Shown here in pieces: positions 1 to 10,981 of a DNA stretch of 35,800 nt. Position 1 is the stretch's first letter, and every line of letters begins with the position of its first letter. The notes beneath the pieces are model-generated. The model made no database searches. It saw nothing but the letters and a program-made list of their open reading frames with translations, and had not been told where the DNA came from. This DNA comes from Octopus bimaculoides (lineage: Eukaryota): NCBI RefSeq assembly GCF_001194135.2, contig NC_068989.1, forward strand, positions 50,316,521-50,352,320. The letters run 5' to 3'. The position numbers were made by a program, and so were the translations under genes.

Positions 1-787
1 GTCTTGCCTTCGCCACTCGGTCCAACGAGTAGCTTTCGTTCCATAAGTGCCTCATCTAACATTCTCACTAAATCTCCCTCTATTCTCTTTCTTTCTATCG
101 CTAAAGCCTTACTGGATCTAATGGATTCTACTCTAATAGCCTCTTTAATAGCAAACCACCAGTTGTTGTTGACGATTACCCTCATCAATACCCTCTGAAC
201 TAATGCGCTAATCCGGTCTCCGAAAGCTTGGCACGCTGGTATCGATGTGTTCAGCTTGCAGTAACCGGGGCCCTGTCTATGACGCCTAGATAGGTCGACC
301 GCACAGATTAAGAATTTGTGGTCAGTGTAACCGAGTATGTAAATATGTGGATGACCTATGCTATCCTTATCTGCTGTCCTACAGAAAACTCTAACTAGAT
401 ACAGATGACCCGATGCGATTTCTACAAGTCCACATTGGCACATTCGGGTAAACTGTCAGACGGTTAAAAACGTCAGCAGGTTTCTGAGGCTTTTGTATCC
501 ACTCTCCTATCAGATAACTCCACACAATCCAAACATCCGTCTAAGACAGCTTTCCAATCCCCTACTAACGCTAATATTTGAGACGTTTTCAGGAAAGCCT
601 CCAGAAGCTTGAAGTAGTTCGGCTGTCCTGCCCCGGTCCGAGCATAGGCAGCAACCAGTCTGAAGCCATGCCCCCCACTGCTGTTCACATCCAGGACCAC
701 CAACTTACCTTCTGGATCCAGAAAGATTGCCTTATTTTCAAATCCAAACCTTTTCAGAAAAGCACTGCAGTACCAGTGATCCTGGAA
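1..787 (-). mobile_element. Tx1/L1-clade LINE ORF2 remnant (AP-endonuclease domain and linker), frameshifted, runs off the window start
   Basis: Minus-strand translation across frameshifts gives GTAVLF*KGLDLK..FLDPEGKLVVLDV..FRLVAAYA..LALVGDWKAVLD..RVFCR..GYTDHK..GPGYCKLN..NNNWW. These match APE motifs (GDWN, SDH) and the GPGYWKLN linker of Tx1/L1 elements. Confidence 0.85.
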
Positions 788-919
788 TGGTACTTATTTT
801 ATCGAACCATGAAAAGTAAGGCTGTCTACGTTGACATTTTAACTCAGAATGTAAAGAGACAGAAGAAATGCCGCTAAGCGTTTGGTAAGGAGTGCTAATA
901 TTTCTACCATCTTGCCACC
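788..919 (-). mobile_element. tRNA-derived SINE fragment (family A, same family as 20033-20240)
   Basis: The reverse complement GGTGGCAAGATGGTAGAAATATTAGCAC..CTTAGCGGCATTTC..TAAAAATAAGTACCA aligns by eye to the copy at 20033 (GGAGCGAGCTGGCAGAATCGTTAG..GTTAGCAGCATTTCG..AATAAAATGAGTACCA). Confidence 0.7.
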
Positions 920-984
920 TAATAATAATTTTCTTGCGGCCTAAAAGGTTGACGTTCCGAGTGGTATGCTCTCATAGACAGTAA

Positions 985-1305
985 TTTCATTGACAAGGTT
1001 CACAAAGATGTTGGCTCAATTAAAACACTTGTGATAGCACAACCATACATATGCATAACGTAGATATTGCCAGTCTTCTACCACCAGTTCAGGATAAAAT
1101 GTATCTCTTAACCTGTACAGAACGTTTTCCAGATAGACCAGATGGCCTAAAGCAATACCGATTAAAGTCATTTCATCCCTCAGAGTTGCAAAGCTCTCAA
1201 TGGCCGATGGATTTCACATTTGGGGGTACCAATGAGGATAACAACCGACATGGATTGTCAATTCGAATCCAGTTTTTTCGTCGACTTGCCTAATCTGTTA
1301 GGCAA
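985..1305 (+). mobile_element. Ty3/Gypsy integrase core remnant (pseudogenised)
   Basis: NVDIASLLPPVQDKMYLLTCTERF resembles H.DIVGPLPPSQG..YLLT..DRF. After a frameshift, WISHLGVPMRITTDMDCQFESSFF resembles WISRFGVP..ITTDRG.QFES. No LTR seen. Confidence 0.75.
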
Positions 1306-2162
1306 TTGTTAGAATTTTGTAATTGTTAGAATTTTGAGTGACTGAATATTCAGGTGTAATGTGCTTTTTGTAATCCATCCAGCCCTTTCCTAAGCCAATC
1401 CTTTACACAGTTTTTTTTTAATAATTATCTTGTCAATTACTTGTTCCTTTGTTTGTCCCTCCTGAATATTTTCTGCACACTTTCTATTCAAGTGATAGGT
1501 TGCGTTTCTCTGAGTGTGCATAGATCAGACTCTCGAACATACATGCTTATAATTTCCATAGTAGTGCCAAACAAATTATCGGTCAGTTGTTTGAGATATC
1601 AGCGTCAGTTTGTTGATGACTTTAACTTAATATCTTATTCAGTACTTGCCAGCATCAATGTTCTTCATCCTTGCCTGCTACGGTACTCTTTCATTAAGTA
1701 CATTATCGATTATTTTGTAATGAAACTCGGAATAATTACTATGACAGCCGGTTGTGTTACACTTTTTCATTAATTATCTACTTCTATATATGCTAGCTTC
1801 TTCTTGTGGAGGCCTTTTTTTGGTCCAATAAATCACTCTAAAATGTTCTTTTTTTATTATTTTTTTTCTGCATCTGCTTTCCATTGATATGCTTTTCTAC
1901 TCCGTTCAATTTTCCAAATAAACTCTTTTGATTATTAGGAAACAAAGTATTTCCATATATCGCTTTATTTTAGCTATTTTTGCTTTCACGCTTTTCTTTA
2001 GTTCTGTTACATTTATTACTGTCTTTTCATCGTTTAAATTGTGTTTTCTTTACAGTATTTTAATGAATCTTTCTTTCCTGGGTAAACCTTCTCTAAGGAG
2101 CTGTACTTGACTCCCTTCTCGTCTGACGCTCTTGATTCTCCCTTATGTAACTCTATGATTAG

Positions 2163-2452
2163 TATAATGATGATGATGATGATGATGTTCAGCATCATCT
2201 TCTTCCTCCTCCTTATTGTCATCATCATCATCATCGTTGTCAACATCATCGTCGTCATCATCGTCATCGTCGTCGTTATCATGGTCGTCGTCATCATCAT
2301 CATCATCATTATCATCATCATCATCGACATCATCGTCATCATCATATCATTTTCTTCTTCTTCTTCTTCTTCTTCTTCTTCTTCTTCTTCTTCTTCTTCT
2401 TCTTCTTCTTCTTCTTCTTCTTCTTCTTCTTCTTCTTCTTCTTCTTCCTTTC
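2163..2452. repeat. Compound trinucleotide microsatellite (ATG)n/(CAT,CGT)n then (TTC)n
   Basis: Read directly. Abuts the N-gap and explains the poly-M/I/S/E/K ORFs in the track. Confidence 0.97.
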
Positions 2453-2756
2453 NNNNNNNNNNNNNNNNNNNNNNNNNNNNNNNNNNNNNNNNNNNNNNNN
2501 NNNNNNNNNNNNNNNNNNNNNNNNNNNNNNNNNNNNNNNNNNNNNNNNNNNNNNNNNNNNNNNNNNNNNNNNNNNNNNNNNNNNNNNNNNNNNNNNNNNN
2601 NNNNNNNNNNNNNNNNNNNNNNNNNNNNNNNNNNNNNNNNNNNNNNNNNNNNNNNNNNNNNNNNNNNNNNNNNNNNNNNNNNNNNNNNNNNNNNNNNNNN
2701 NNNNNNNNNNNNNNNNNNNNNNNNNNNNNNNNNNNNNNNNNNNNNNNNNNNNNNNN
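2453..2756. other. Assembly gap (304 N)
   Basis: N run between (TTC)n and (CA)n arrays. Confidence 0.99.
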
Positions 2757-2819
<63 letters not shown>

Positions 2820-2820
2820 A
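2757..2820. repeat. (CA)n microsatellite
   Basis: Read directly. Confidence 0.97.
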
Positions 2821-4638
2821 CTTGCAAATGTTATATGGTTGTGTGTACCTGTACGTTTGTTGATAATCATTGTTACGATTGTTAGAATAATCGATCAATG
2901 GCTTCTTGGTTTCGATTGTACCAGATGTTTTTCAATAATTTAATATCTTGGTGTTCCAAAGTGGTCATTATATGAAGTTCGTTTTAAAAAGATAAAAAAA
3001 CAAGCTTTTGCTCTACGGGAATATGAAATTCTTATAATGCCACAGACATAAACGTTATGCGGCAAAGGTTGAAAAAGGTAGGTAACAAAGACAAAAATAT
3101 TTGAAAGTATGCATTGAGAGAAAGAAGTAAGTGAAGATCAAGAGGAAAAGAAGGATAAAAGTGAAAAAATGTGATGGAAACTACATGAGGAAGAATTTAG
3201 AGAAGAAAAATGGCTGATTGATGCCGATCGACAAGAAAGTTCCAAGGAGAAGGATGAAACAAGTTTTCGCCTTTTTTTTAAAAATTCTTTTTTTGGCTTC
3301 CTTTACATTTTGGCTTTGAACACTTATTTCCTTCAGAGAAGAGAAAATGGAAATAGGGGAAGAAAAGAAGAATCGAAACAAGAATTATGTAACAGAGAAC
3401 AGAAAGAAATGAAAAAGAATGAAGGATGAATGAAATCAATGAAATCAGTGGAACAAAGAAGAACAAACATGAAAATAGAAAAATCATAGAAAGAGGCAGA
3501 AATAGAAGAAAATGGGAGACGAGAAAAGGAATGAATACTTTTTTTTTTATAACTTATAGTTGCAAGAGCAGCGGTAGTAGGAGTATTACTATTATTATAT
3601 TTAACTGTTAGTTTTGTTGTTATTGTAGTTGGTATGTTGTGGTAATGTTAGTGTCAGTGACGATCGTTGTAGTAATCGTAACACGAAAATACGAGATGAA
3701 GGATAAAGTGGATGAAGAGGGCAGAGCGTAAAGTGAAAGAGAAGGGAGAGAGAGAAAGTAGAAGGGAGAAATCCTTACAAAATGAGCAATTCACACGCGA
3801 AAACTGAAAGAATAAATACCAATACGACAATGATAAAGTTGAAACACGATGACTGCATGTACAACAGATATGAGCAACACAACAACGACATATTCACCAC
3901 CGTCATCAGCCTCAAAGAACCTCCATAACCACCTCTGCATCCGACCTTTATGGAGAAACTGCAATTAGATGCTTTAACTAAGATGTTGATTTAGTAAAAT
4001 GTTGAAGCAGTTGTTTGATGTACTTTATTTAATACCAATAACTTCACAGAAATTCCTGGCATTGTTGAAGCTTCCTCTGCTTTGAACTTTGTACATACCG
4101 AATACAATTCCTTTTAACCGTTTGCTCAGTTTACGTTATTATCAGAAACTGTTTCATTTGAGTTAATGTTTCAACAGCATTTCAATCATCTCTCTTTTTC
4201 TTTCTTCCTCACTCTTCCTCACTTTCATACTGTCTCTCTCTCTCTCTCTCTCTGTCTTCAAATACATACATGTTTACCTACATGCATAAGCACAGACGTA
4301 AATGTACTGATACAAATATACATGTGTACAGACGTGCAACTACACATACGCGAACGCACGCACACATACACACAAACACACACACACACACTAAAAGATA
4401 CATCCAAATACATTTTCATACTTTTCCGTTATTTCAACATTTTCTTATTCAATTATTACGTTCGGAGACCAAAGTCAACGCTCTAATTGGACTTGGCATT
4501 CCAAATATAATCAGCAAGAAGTCAAAGACGCAAGACCCTTTAGAGCGTTCACAGGCGCACACACATTCATTTCATATTTACTCATATATATATATATATA
4601 TATATATATGTACTTCTATTCATATGTACTTATATATA

Positions 4639-4949
4639 NNNNNNNNNNNNNNNNNNNNNNNNNNNNNNNNNNNNNNNNNNNNNNNNNNNNNNNNNNNNNN
4701 NNNNNNNNNNNNNNNNNNNNNNNNNNNNNNNNNNNNNNNNNNNNNNNNNNNNNNNNNNNNNNNNNNNNNNNNNNNNNNNNNNNNNNNNNNNNNNNNNNNN
4801 NNNNNNNNNNNNNNNNNNNNNNNNNNNNNNNNNNNNNNNNNNNNNNNNNNNNNNNNNNNNNNNNNNNNNNNNNNNNNNNNNNNNNNNNNNNNNNNNNNNN
4901 NNNNNNNNNNNNNNNNNNNNNNNNNNNNNNNNNNNNNNNNNNNNNNNNN
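4639..4949. other. Assembly gap (311 N) flanked by (TA)n
   Basis: N run with TATATA on both sides. Confidence 0.99.
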
Positions 4950-5519
4950 ATATATATATAACACATTTAGCATTAAATAAGCGGTGACATAAAATTATGT
5001 GCAAGGGTGTGCGTTTGCAAAATTGTATTATTGTACGTACAATTTACCCTATAGGACAGCATAAAAATTCTTATTAAATTCTTTTCGATTTCACATTGGA
5101 TAAAGAATATAATTAAGAGTGCAATTAACAACTTTACAAAGTAGTTAAACGCATCACCAATTCAATCAAAATAAACAAATATGACATTGGATATGAGGTA
5201 TCTATTGTATCATGTTAATTGCTATTTATTATTTTATTTTTTACAGCTTCAGAGAAGAAATTGGAGTTATTATAATTCGAATAGTTCAATTTATTAATTT
5301 ATTCTATTCTGTTACATTATATGCAAGGATGTTTCGTCCTGTGTGTGATAGTATATCCGTATATGCATTTGTGCTTATATATCTATAATATATTATATAT
5401 ATTGGGTCATCGCATAAATAAGGTGGGTTTTTATACTTCTTTAATTTTTCAAATTTAAGATAAACAATATTCTTTTTTTAATCTAAAATATATTTTCCTT
5501 TATTTTCAACAATTCCTTT

Positions 5520-5735
5520 CTACCTATCTGTTAGATTTGTCAGGCCCCTCTTCCAAACTTCATTTGCCCGTGACGAAAAATACTCCTGCAGGACTCTTCT
5601 GATCTCTTCTACAGAATTCTTATTTTTACCGTCCAAATGATTTTGAAGACTACGGAATAAACAATAATCAGATGCGGCAATGTCTGGCGAATATGGTGGG
5701 TGGAGATCATTTCCAATTCAAACCGCTTTAACCTT
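5520..5735 (-). mobile_element. Mariner transposase C-terminal remnant
   Basis: Minus strand reads LHPPYSPDIAASDYCLFRSLQNHLDGKNKNSVEEIRRVLQEYFSS..WKRGLTNLTDR*. This carries the mariner HPPYSPDLAPSDY motif with the third catalytic Asp. Confidence 0.9.
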
Positions 5736-5744
5736 TGGAATGTC

Positions 5745-6230
5745 CTATTTCTGCTGCAACACTTCATGTTTCAGTGTACTGCTCCCACACAAGGAGAGGC
5801 GTATGTTCAAGCCAAGCTTTCTAAGCCTCCTTCTTTACTGAAATGGCATACTTGACTTCTTGATCAAACCAAGGTGTTCTTTTATGAGCAGGTGTGAGAT
5901 CGAGACACTTTCGTCTACAACATTGATCACCTAAAAAAGAAACCGCTGAAAAATACAATTTTCATGCTGCTTCGATGTCCTCAGTTTGTCCAGGAAGGTC
6001 TTTCATTTCGGATGCAATAGTGTCCACATATTTGTTTCCGATCCTACCATCCATCATAACTTCCCATTTTATCTTATAAGCTTAGACAATCTCAGGTTGC
6101 AGACAGCTAGGTGCTATTCAATTGATAGCTCAGTTCCTTCCTTTACATGAATAGCTAGCATAGAATTAAAGGGACCAAGTCAATAAAAAAACTTATTTAC
6201 AACTTCGATCCTGAATTAGCCCTTTCCTTA
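5745..6230 (-). mobile_element. RTE-like LINE remnant (end of AP-endonuclease and linker)
   Basis: Minus strand reads VKEGTELSIE*HLAVCNLRL (like VKRGAELSTDHHLVVCNL) and RTPWFDQEVKYAISVKKEA (like TPWW..EVK.AI..KK.A). Many stops. Confidence 0.6.
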
Positions 6231-6619
6231 AGAAGAATAACTATAAAAATGTTACTTACAGAAAAACAAACCCAAACATCACGGTACAAATACATCTCAC
6301 ATAAAAGAAATCATGACATCTAACTAGATTTATCATGGTATAATTTCAAATCCAGTCTTGCCGATGTTATCTGTTATGACATCAATCTCATGATTCTTGA
6401 TCTTCTGTAAAGCTGGCGAATTAAACGCCAATACAACTATCATTTTATAGAGATAATGAGACCAAAAATATCTTGAAACGTTAATGAATCAATGAACTTA
6501 GGAGAGATTTGTTCTAAGCTAACTATAAATGATTAATAAGAAAATACTCATAAAATATCTTTCACAAAAGAGATTAAGCTCAAAGATAGTAAACACTTTA
6601 AAATGTCATATGATATAAA

Positions 6620-6671
6620 CACGCATGCACTCAGACACATACAAAACTACACGCACAAACACACACGCACA

Positions 6672-6741
<70 letters not shown>

Positions 6742-6860
6742 CAAACACACACACACATATATATACACGCACACGCGCACACATACACTCACAGTCATAC
6801 ATACGCTCTCACACAAACATATATGTACCACACACGTATACAGATACATACACACATGAA
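6620..6860. repeat. Imperfect (CA)n/(CACG,CATA) microsatellite
   Basis: Read directly. Explains the HT/VC ORFs. Confidence 0.95.
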
Positions 6861-7056
6861 GTTTGTATAGCTGCATACTTTGATGGAGTATAGAAAGCCA
6901 CGATGCAGTACTGTCGCCGTCACGAACGATGTATTAATGCCGTTGCTGAACCATGTTTCACTGTTTTACCCTAATTTTTACAGCAATTTCACCTTTTGTC
7001 TATATAATTAAATCATAGTCTCCGTAGACTGTTCTTCGTTGGGTCGAAAAGCTGGA

Positions 7057-7188
7057 ATGTGCTATATAAAAGCTCTGAATGTTCTATATAAGAACTCTAT
7101 ATGTGCTATATAAGAGCTGTGAATGTGCTATATAAGAGCTGTGAATGTGCTATATAAGAGCTGTGAATGTGCTATATAAGAGCTCTAT
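7057..7188 (+). repeat. 22-bp minisatellite, 6 copies (ATGTGCTATATAAGAGCTGTGA)
   Basis: Three identical central units, with more diverged units at the edges. Confidence 0.95.
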
Positions 7189-7224
7189 GGTTGATGGGGC
7201 CCAATAACCTGACCAATGTGCCGA

Positions 7225-8270
7225 TTGTTTGGTTCGTTGACAAATATGTGTGTGGTCGCAAGTTGTCATAGGGAATAGTTGGGATAGGATATGGAGGTGG
7301 ACCACATCTCAGCTAAGTTTTCTGATTCATACATCTTATGATGTCTTGCCACCACCTGCATATCTAGTAAGATATAAGTCTCACAGAATGATATATGCAA
7401 ATGCGGAAAGATCGGAACACTGAAATATATTCTATCCCAAGTGTTCACGAGCACTGAATAGGTATACATGGAGACGCAACTTAGTCCTTAGGGTTATCTT
7501 CAATACTATAATGAACCAAATTGATCTCAACAACAGTGAAAAAAAATACCGTTGAAAGTACCAACTAGAGATTCCATTACCTTCATGCGCTCAGGACAGC
7601 GGATCCGTTTCTAGGAGAACAACAACAAACTCCCTGTGAGCGATGAAAAGTGGAACGGCTATTGGGGGGATGTGACTGTAGATATACCAGAGTGACAGGG
7701 ACTCTTTCCCATCCCAGTTAAGAAAAAAAAACGGACATTTTAATGTTGTGTGAAAGAAAGAAAGTTGCGAATGTAGTCGTGTTAACAGTTCCTCATAAAG
7801 ATAACATGGCCGCCGCTCGAGCTCGAAAAATTGACCGTTAGGTATCTAGCGTCTTCACATTCCTCGGGAAATGTGAAGACGAAGGCTGGAAAGCGGAGCA
7901 TTTTCCAATCGAAGTCGGATGTAGAGGGTTTGTTAGACACAGTGTGAGGCGACTGTTGGTATCTTTAGACCTAACTCATCGTAAAGTAAATACTACCATA
8001 GCCGATATCCAAACTACAGTGGAAAAGGCTAGCCACTGGATTTAGTTAAAAAGAGAAAATGAGGGATGGCTGCAAGAACATTGAGCTTTATTTGATAACC
8101 AGAAAGTGGGGCCTGACATCAATGAGGGGGATCGGTGCGCATGCCGTCGTGAGGTAGGCCTCCAAACAGCGCGCTTTCTCTCCTGATGACCCCATACACT
8201 TGATGGCTTCCGGTATGTGGAGCTCTCGACTGGTTGCTCTTGCATGTGCAAGTTTTTTTCAAAATATCAG
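7225..8270 (+). mobile_element. HERO-like restriction-like-endonuclease (RLE) non-LTR retrotransposon, 3-prime fragment with putative 3-prime UTR
   Basis: Reads SWDRIWRW..LSFLI..YDVLP..CKCGKIGTLKYILS..RYTWR (zinc knuckle), then LTVPHKDNMAAARARK and EGWKAEHFPIEVGCRGF..VEKASHWI*LKRENEGW. Stop at 8082-8084. The PIEVGCRGF and EKASxWxWLKR motifs are typical of HERO-type elements. Confidence 0.8.
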
Positions 8271-8369
8271 TATGAATAGTTGCGATTTGTCATATTAAAT
8301 ATGAATAGTTTTCGGAACCTTTTTAGGTCACTTATTCCTAGTGGCTTCTCTAAGCTTTCTGAATATCTA

Positions 8370-8760
8370 AGTATACCGCGTAATATTCACGGTACAACGA
8401 CGATCTAGAAATCAGTAAGCATTACTTACTCTGCTGATTTCTGGCTCGGTAATTACTTATGTCTTCAAGAAGAGAGGTATCATGTCACTATGTGGACTGA
8501 GTCACCGGTTCTGAATCATAGAGATACAGTCACATTTAATTTACTGGCACCACATCGGATAAAACGTATCTCTACTAACTTCACGCGGTTCCATCAAATC
8601 AGTGCTGGCCTACTCATTTCTCTTTGAAATCGGTTGTCAATTCATGAGATATCCACTTTGCTCACACTTCCTGATATCCGAAATTTTCCATCGTTTTCTG
8701 TAATGCATTGAGACTACAGCTCAGTTTTGCTGTAACCTCAAGATTGTAACGCGTCTGTTG
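8370..8760 (-). mobile_element. Mariner transposase central remnant
   Basis: Minus strand reads FGYQEV*AKWISHELT (like LGYRKVCARWVPHELT), SAE*VMLTDF* (like SAGKVMLTVFW) and TVNITRY. Internally deleted. Confidence 0.7.
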
Positions 8761-8844
8761 GCGCAAATCAATTCGCCACTTCACTGGTAGTTCATGGCAG
8801 TGGCCGTATTTGATAGTCTCCTGTTGCATGGTTTTTCCTTAATA

Positions 8845-9120
8845 CTTGTCTTCGTGAATAATATTTCTGACTGTTCTTTCTGATACATGGAGGTCTTTTG
8901 CAAATGGCACATGGTCTTTCTGGGATTGTAATCAATCGCCTGTTGAACTTGCTCGAAACATTCAGGTGTTATGATGATTTCAGAGCGTTTACAATGCTTT
9001 TTTATCATTTGATAATGGTGATACGTTTCCATCTTCAGTCTCTAGCCATTTACAAACTTTGAAGACGAAAGGTCTGAAAATTGTTAAAATCGAGATATTT
9101 CCAAATCGCTACGTCTGGAA
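8845..9120 (-). mobile_element. Tc1/mariner (maT/DD37D-like) transposase N-terminal HTH remnant
   Basis: Reads KKHCKRSEIIITPECFEQVQQAIDYNPRKTM, then after a frameshift AKDLHVSERTVRNIIHED, resembling KSMRAIARDLQVSE.TIR.IVHED. Confidence 0.65.
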
Positions 9121-9139
9121 GTGTTATTATTGAGATGTT

Positions 9140-9698
9140 TGAAGTGTAATCATTAAGACGCTTTGTCTTGGTTTAAAAGATGGGCTACAGGAAATATTCT
9201 GCCTAATACCAGAGATTTGCTTGTCAGTTGTTTGACCTTAACCAGTTAAGTATATCCTTTAATGGCTGACAATATGTGCATCTCCTTTAATGGCTGACAA
9301 TATGTGCATCTCCTTTAATGGCTGACAATATGAGGAGACGTATTGGAAGAGCATCGTAGCCATCTGTTGAGAGGAATTTTTGGCGTTTGAATAATTTACC
9401 TTTGGAAACATGAATGTATTATTCATCATCCTTAAAACAAACCTTATTCAAGGACATTTTGAGATAGATGGGCTACTCGACCTGAAGAAAATTCTAACTG
9501 GGCCCTACCTGCAAGGTCATGCGCTGTTTATCTTAATAAGCGATCACTATGTCACGCACATATGGTTGTGATGCATGGGCCTGGTGTACCCTTATCAGAC
9601 GGGTAGTCATGATTGATATGTTAGGCTCCATATATTTGTATCCCAGTGTCACTTTGATATCATGCGCTGCTATCTCACTCACTCAACAATAATAATAA
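9140..9698 (+). mobile_element. Unclassified non-coding dispersed repeat (family B), copy 1, ending in an (AAT)n tail
   Basis: Co-linear with 10982-11512. Shared blocks include GATTTGCTTGTCAGTTGTTTGACCTTAACCA, CCTGAAGAAAATTCTAACTGGGCC and GTGTACCCTTATCAGA. Ends ..CTCACTCAACAATAATAATAATA. Confidence 0.85.
9255..9332 (+). repeat. 28-bp tandem triplication inside family B copy 1
   Basis: TCCTTTAATGGCTGACAATATGTGCATC x2.8. Single copy in the paralogue near 11150. Confidence 0.95.
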
Positions 9699-9700
9699 TA

Positions 9701-10520
9701 GTAAAAGAGCCATTAGAAAAAGGAATAGAGAACCTAATTGTTGCAACTAAAGATCAAGCCATAAAAACAAACAACTTGAGAAAAAAATATATGTCGAGAG
9801 AATGTGTCAGAAAAATGTAGAGCCAGTGGAACTTGGAACAAGACAGTAACACACATAATGACACAATGCCCCAAGTTGGCACAGGAAGAAGATACGAAAT
9901 AGAAGCAAGACCAGGTTGTAAAAGTTTTACACTGGAAATTCAGCCAGAAACAGGGATTTGAAGCTGGAAAACACATGGTACAATCATCGAGTCAAAAGAG
10001 TACTGGAGTCGAGAATGTAAGATTTTGTAGGACTTTCCTCTTGAAACGGACAAGAAGTTAGAAAATAATAGAACACACATAACAATTACTGATAAGGAAA
10101 ATCGAAATTGCCTACTTACCGACACATCATATCCGTTTGATTCCAGGATCGTAAAGAAAGAGGAGGTAAAGCAAAATAAATAAAGAAAGAAAGAAATAAA
10201 TACAATTCCTTAAAATTTGAAATAGGAAGAATTTGAAGCATGCAAACAGTAAAGGTCGTGTCTATAATAATTGGTGCATTGGGAACAGTAAGCCAAGATA
10301 TAGACAAAAGGCTGAGGGAGATTGAAATAGAATGGCCCGTAGAGCTTCTACAGAATTTGACTCTTCGAGACAGTAAGGATTTTCAGGAGGATTCTAAGCA
10401 TTTGAAAGGCTGCTGAAAACTTGTGGATACATAAGGCTAAAGGTAGTAACCTGCTACCCACATAAATCTTACCAGGAATAAGACCGAACCTGAGCAAAGC
10501 CAAAATAATAACAATAACAA
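9701..10520 (+). mobile_element. R4/Dong-clade RLE LINE, 5-prime-truncated fragment 1
   Basis: Reads LEKGIENLIVATKDQAIKTN..KCRASG..TVTHIMTQCPKLAQ..DQVVKVLHWK..ETDKKLENNR..VKVVSIIIGALGTVS..RIFRRILSI*. The short 3-prime UTR ends AAAATAATAACAATAAC. Confidence 0.85.
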
Positions 10521-10719
10521 GCCAAATAGTGTTGCCAGGGACCACCTCGGAGAAAACAGTACCTTCTAATCAACATGTCAATAGTTGAAAATTTATCTCT
10601 AACAGAAACTGTGAATCTCTAGAAATATAGAGTTTTAGAAGCAGAGATAAGCCGAATATGCAGCCTGAAGATAGAAATACTATCTCTAACAATAAGTGTT
10701 TTAGGCATAGTTAATAAAC

Positions 10720-10753
10720 ACGCACTAGGTCACGCGCGCGCACACAGGCACGC

Positions 10754-10790
<37 letters not shown>

Positions 10791-10809
10791 AATGCACACA
10801 CACACACAC
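10720..10809. repeat. (CG/CA)n microsatellite
   Basis: Read directly. Confidence 0.93.
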
Positions 10810-10945
10810 AACTACATAGCCAAAACACCAGGAATTATGAATATGTATAAGATATAGAAAATAGCACTTTTAGGCACAACGTACATCCTGCGTAACCAGT
10901 TTCAACAGAATAAAAATACTAAAACAAACCACAGCACATACTCAA
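10810..10945 (+). mobile_element. R4/Dong-clade LINE C-terminal tip (fragment 2)
   Basis: Reads NYIAKTPGIMNMYKI*KIALLGTTYILRNQ, resembling the QK.ALLGTA.ILR terminus of these elements. Bounded by (CA)n and (GAT)12. Confidence 0.65.

Positions 10946-10981
<36 letters not shown>
10946..10981. repeat. (GAT)12 microsatellite
   Basis: Perfect array. Confidence 0.98.

Noticed and set aside
2034-5004. Long ORFs of 106-278 aa with poly-X/E/S/K/HT tracts
   Set aside because: They are produced by N-gaps and microsatellites and contain no domain content.
6603-6893. HT/VC-repeat ORFs here and at 13545-13859, 15590-15872, 16445-16752, 17439-17741, 33218-33483 and 34646-34882
   Set aside because: They are translations of (CA)n/(TG)n arrays.
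8180-8200. Hammerhead ribozyme at CTGATGA sites (8183, 11165, 16521, 18275)
   Set aside because: None has a downstream stem II plus GAAA and closing stems that I could fold.
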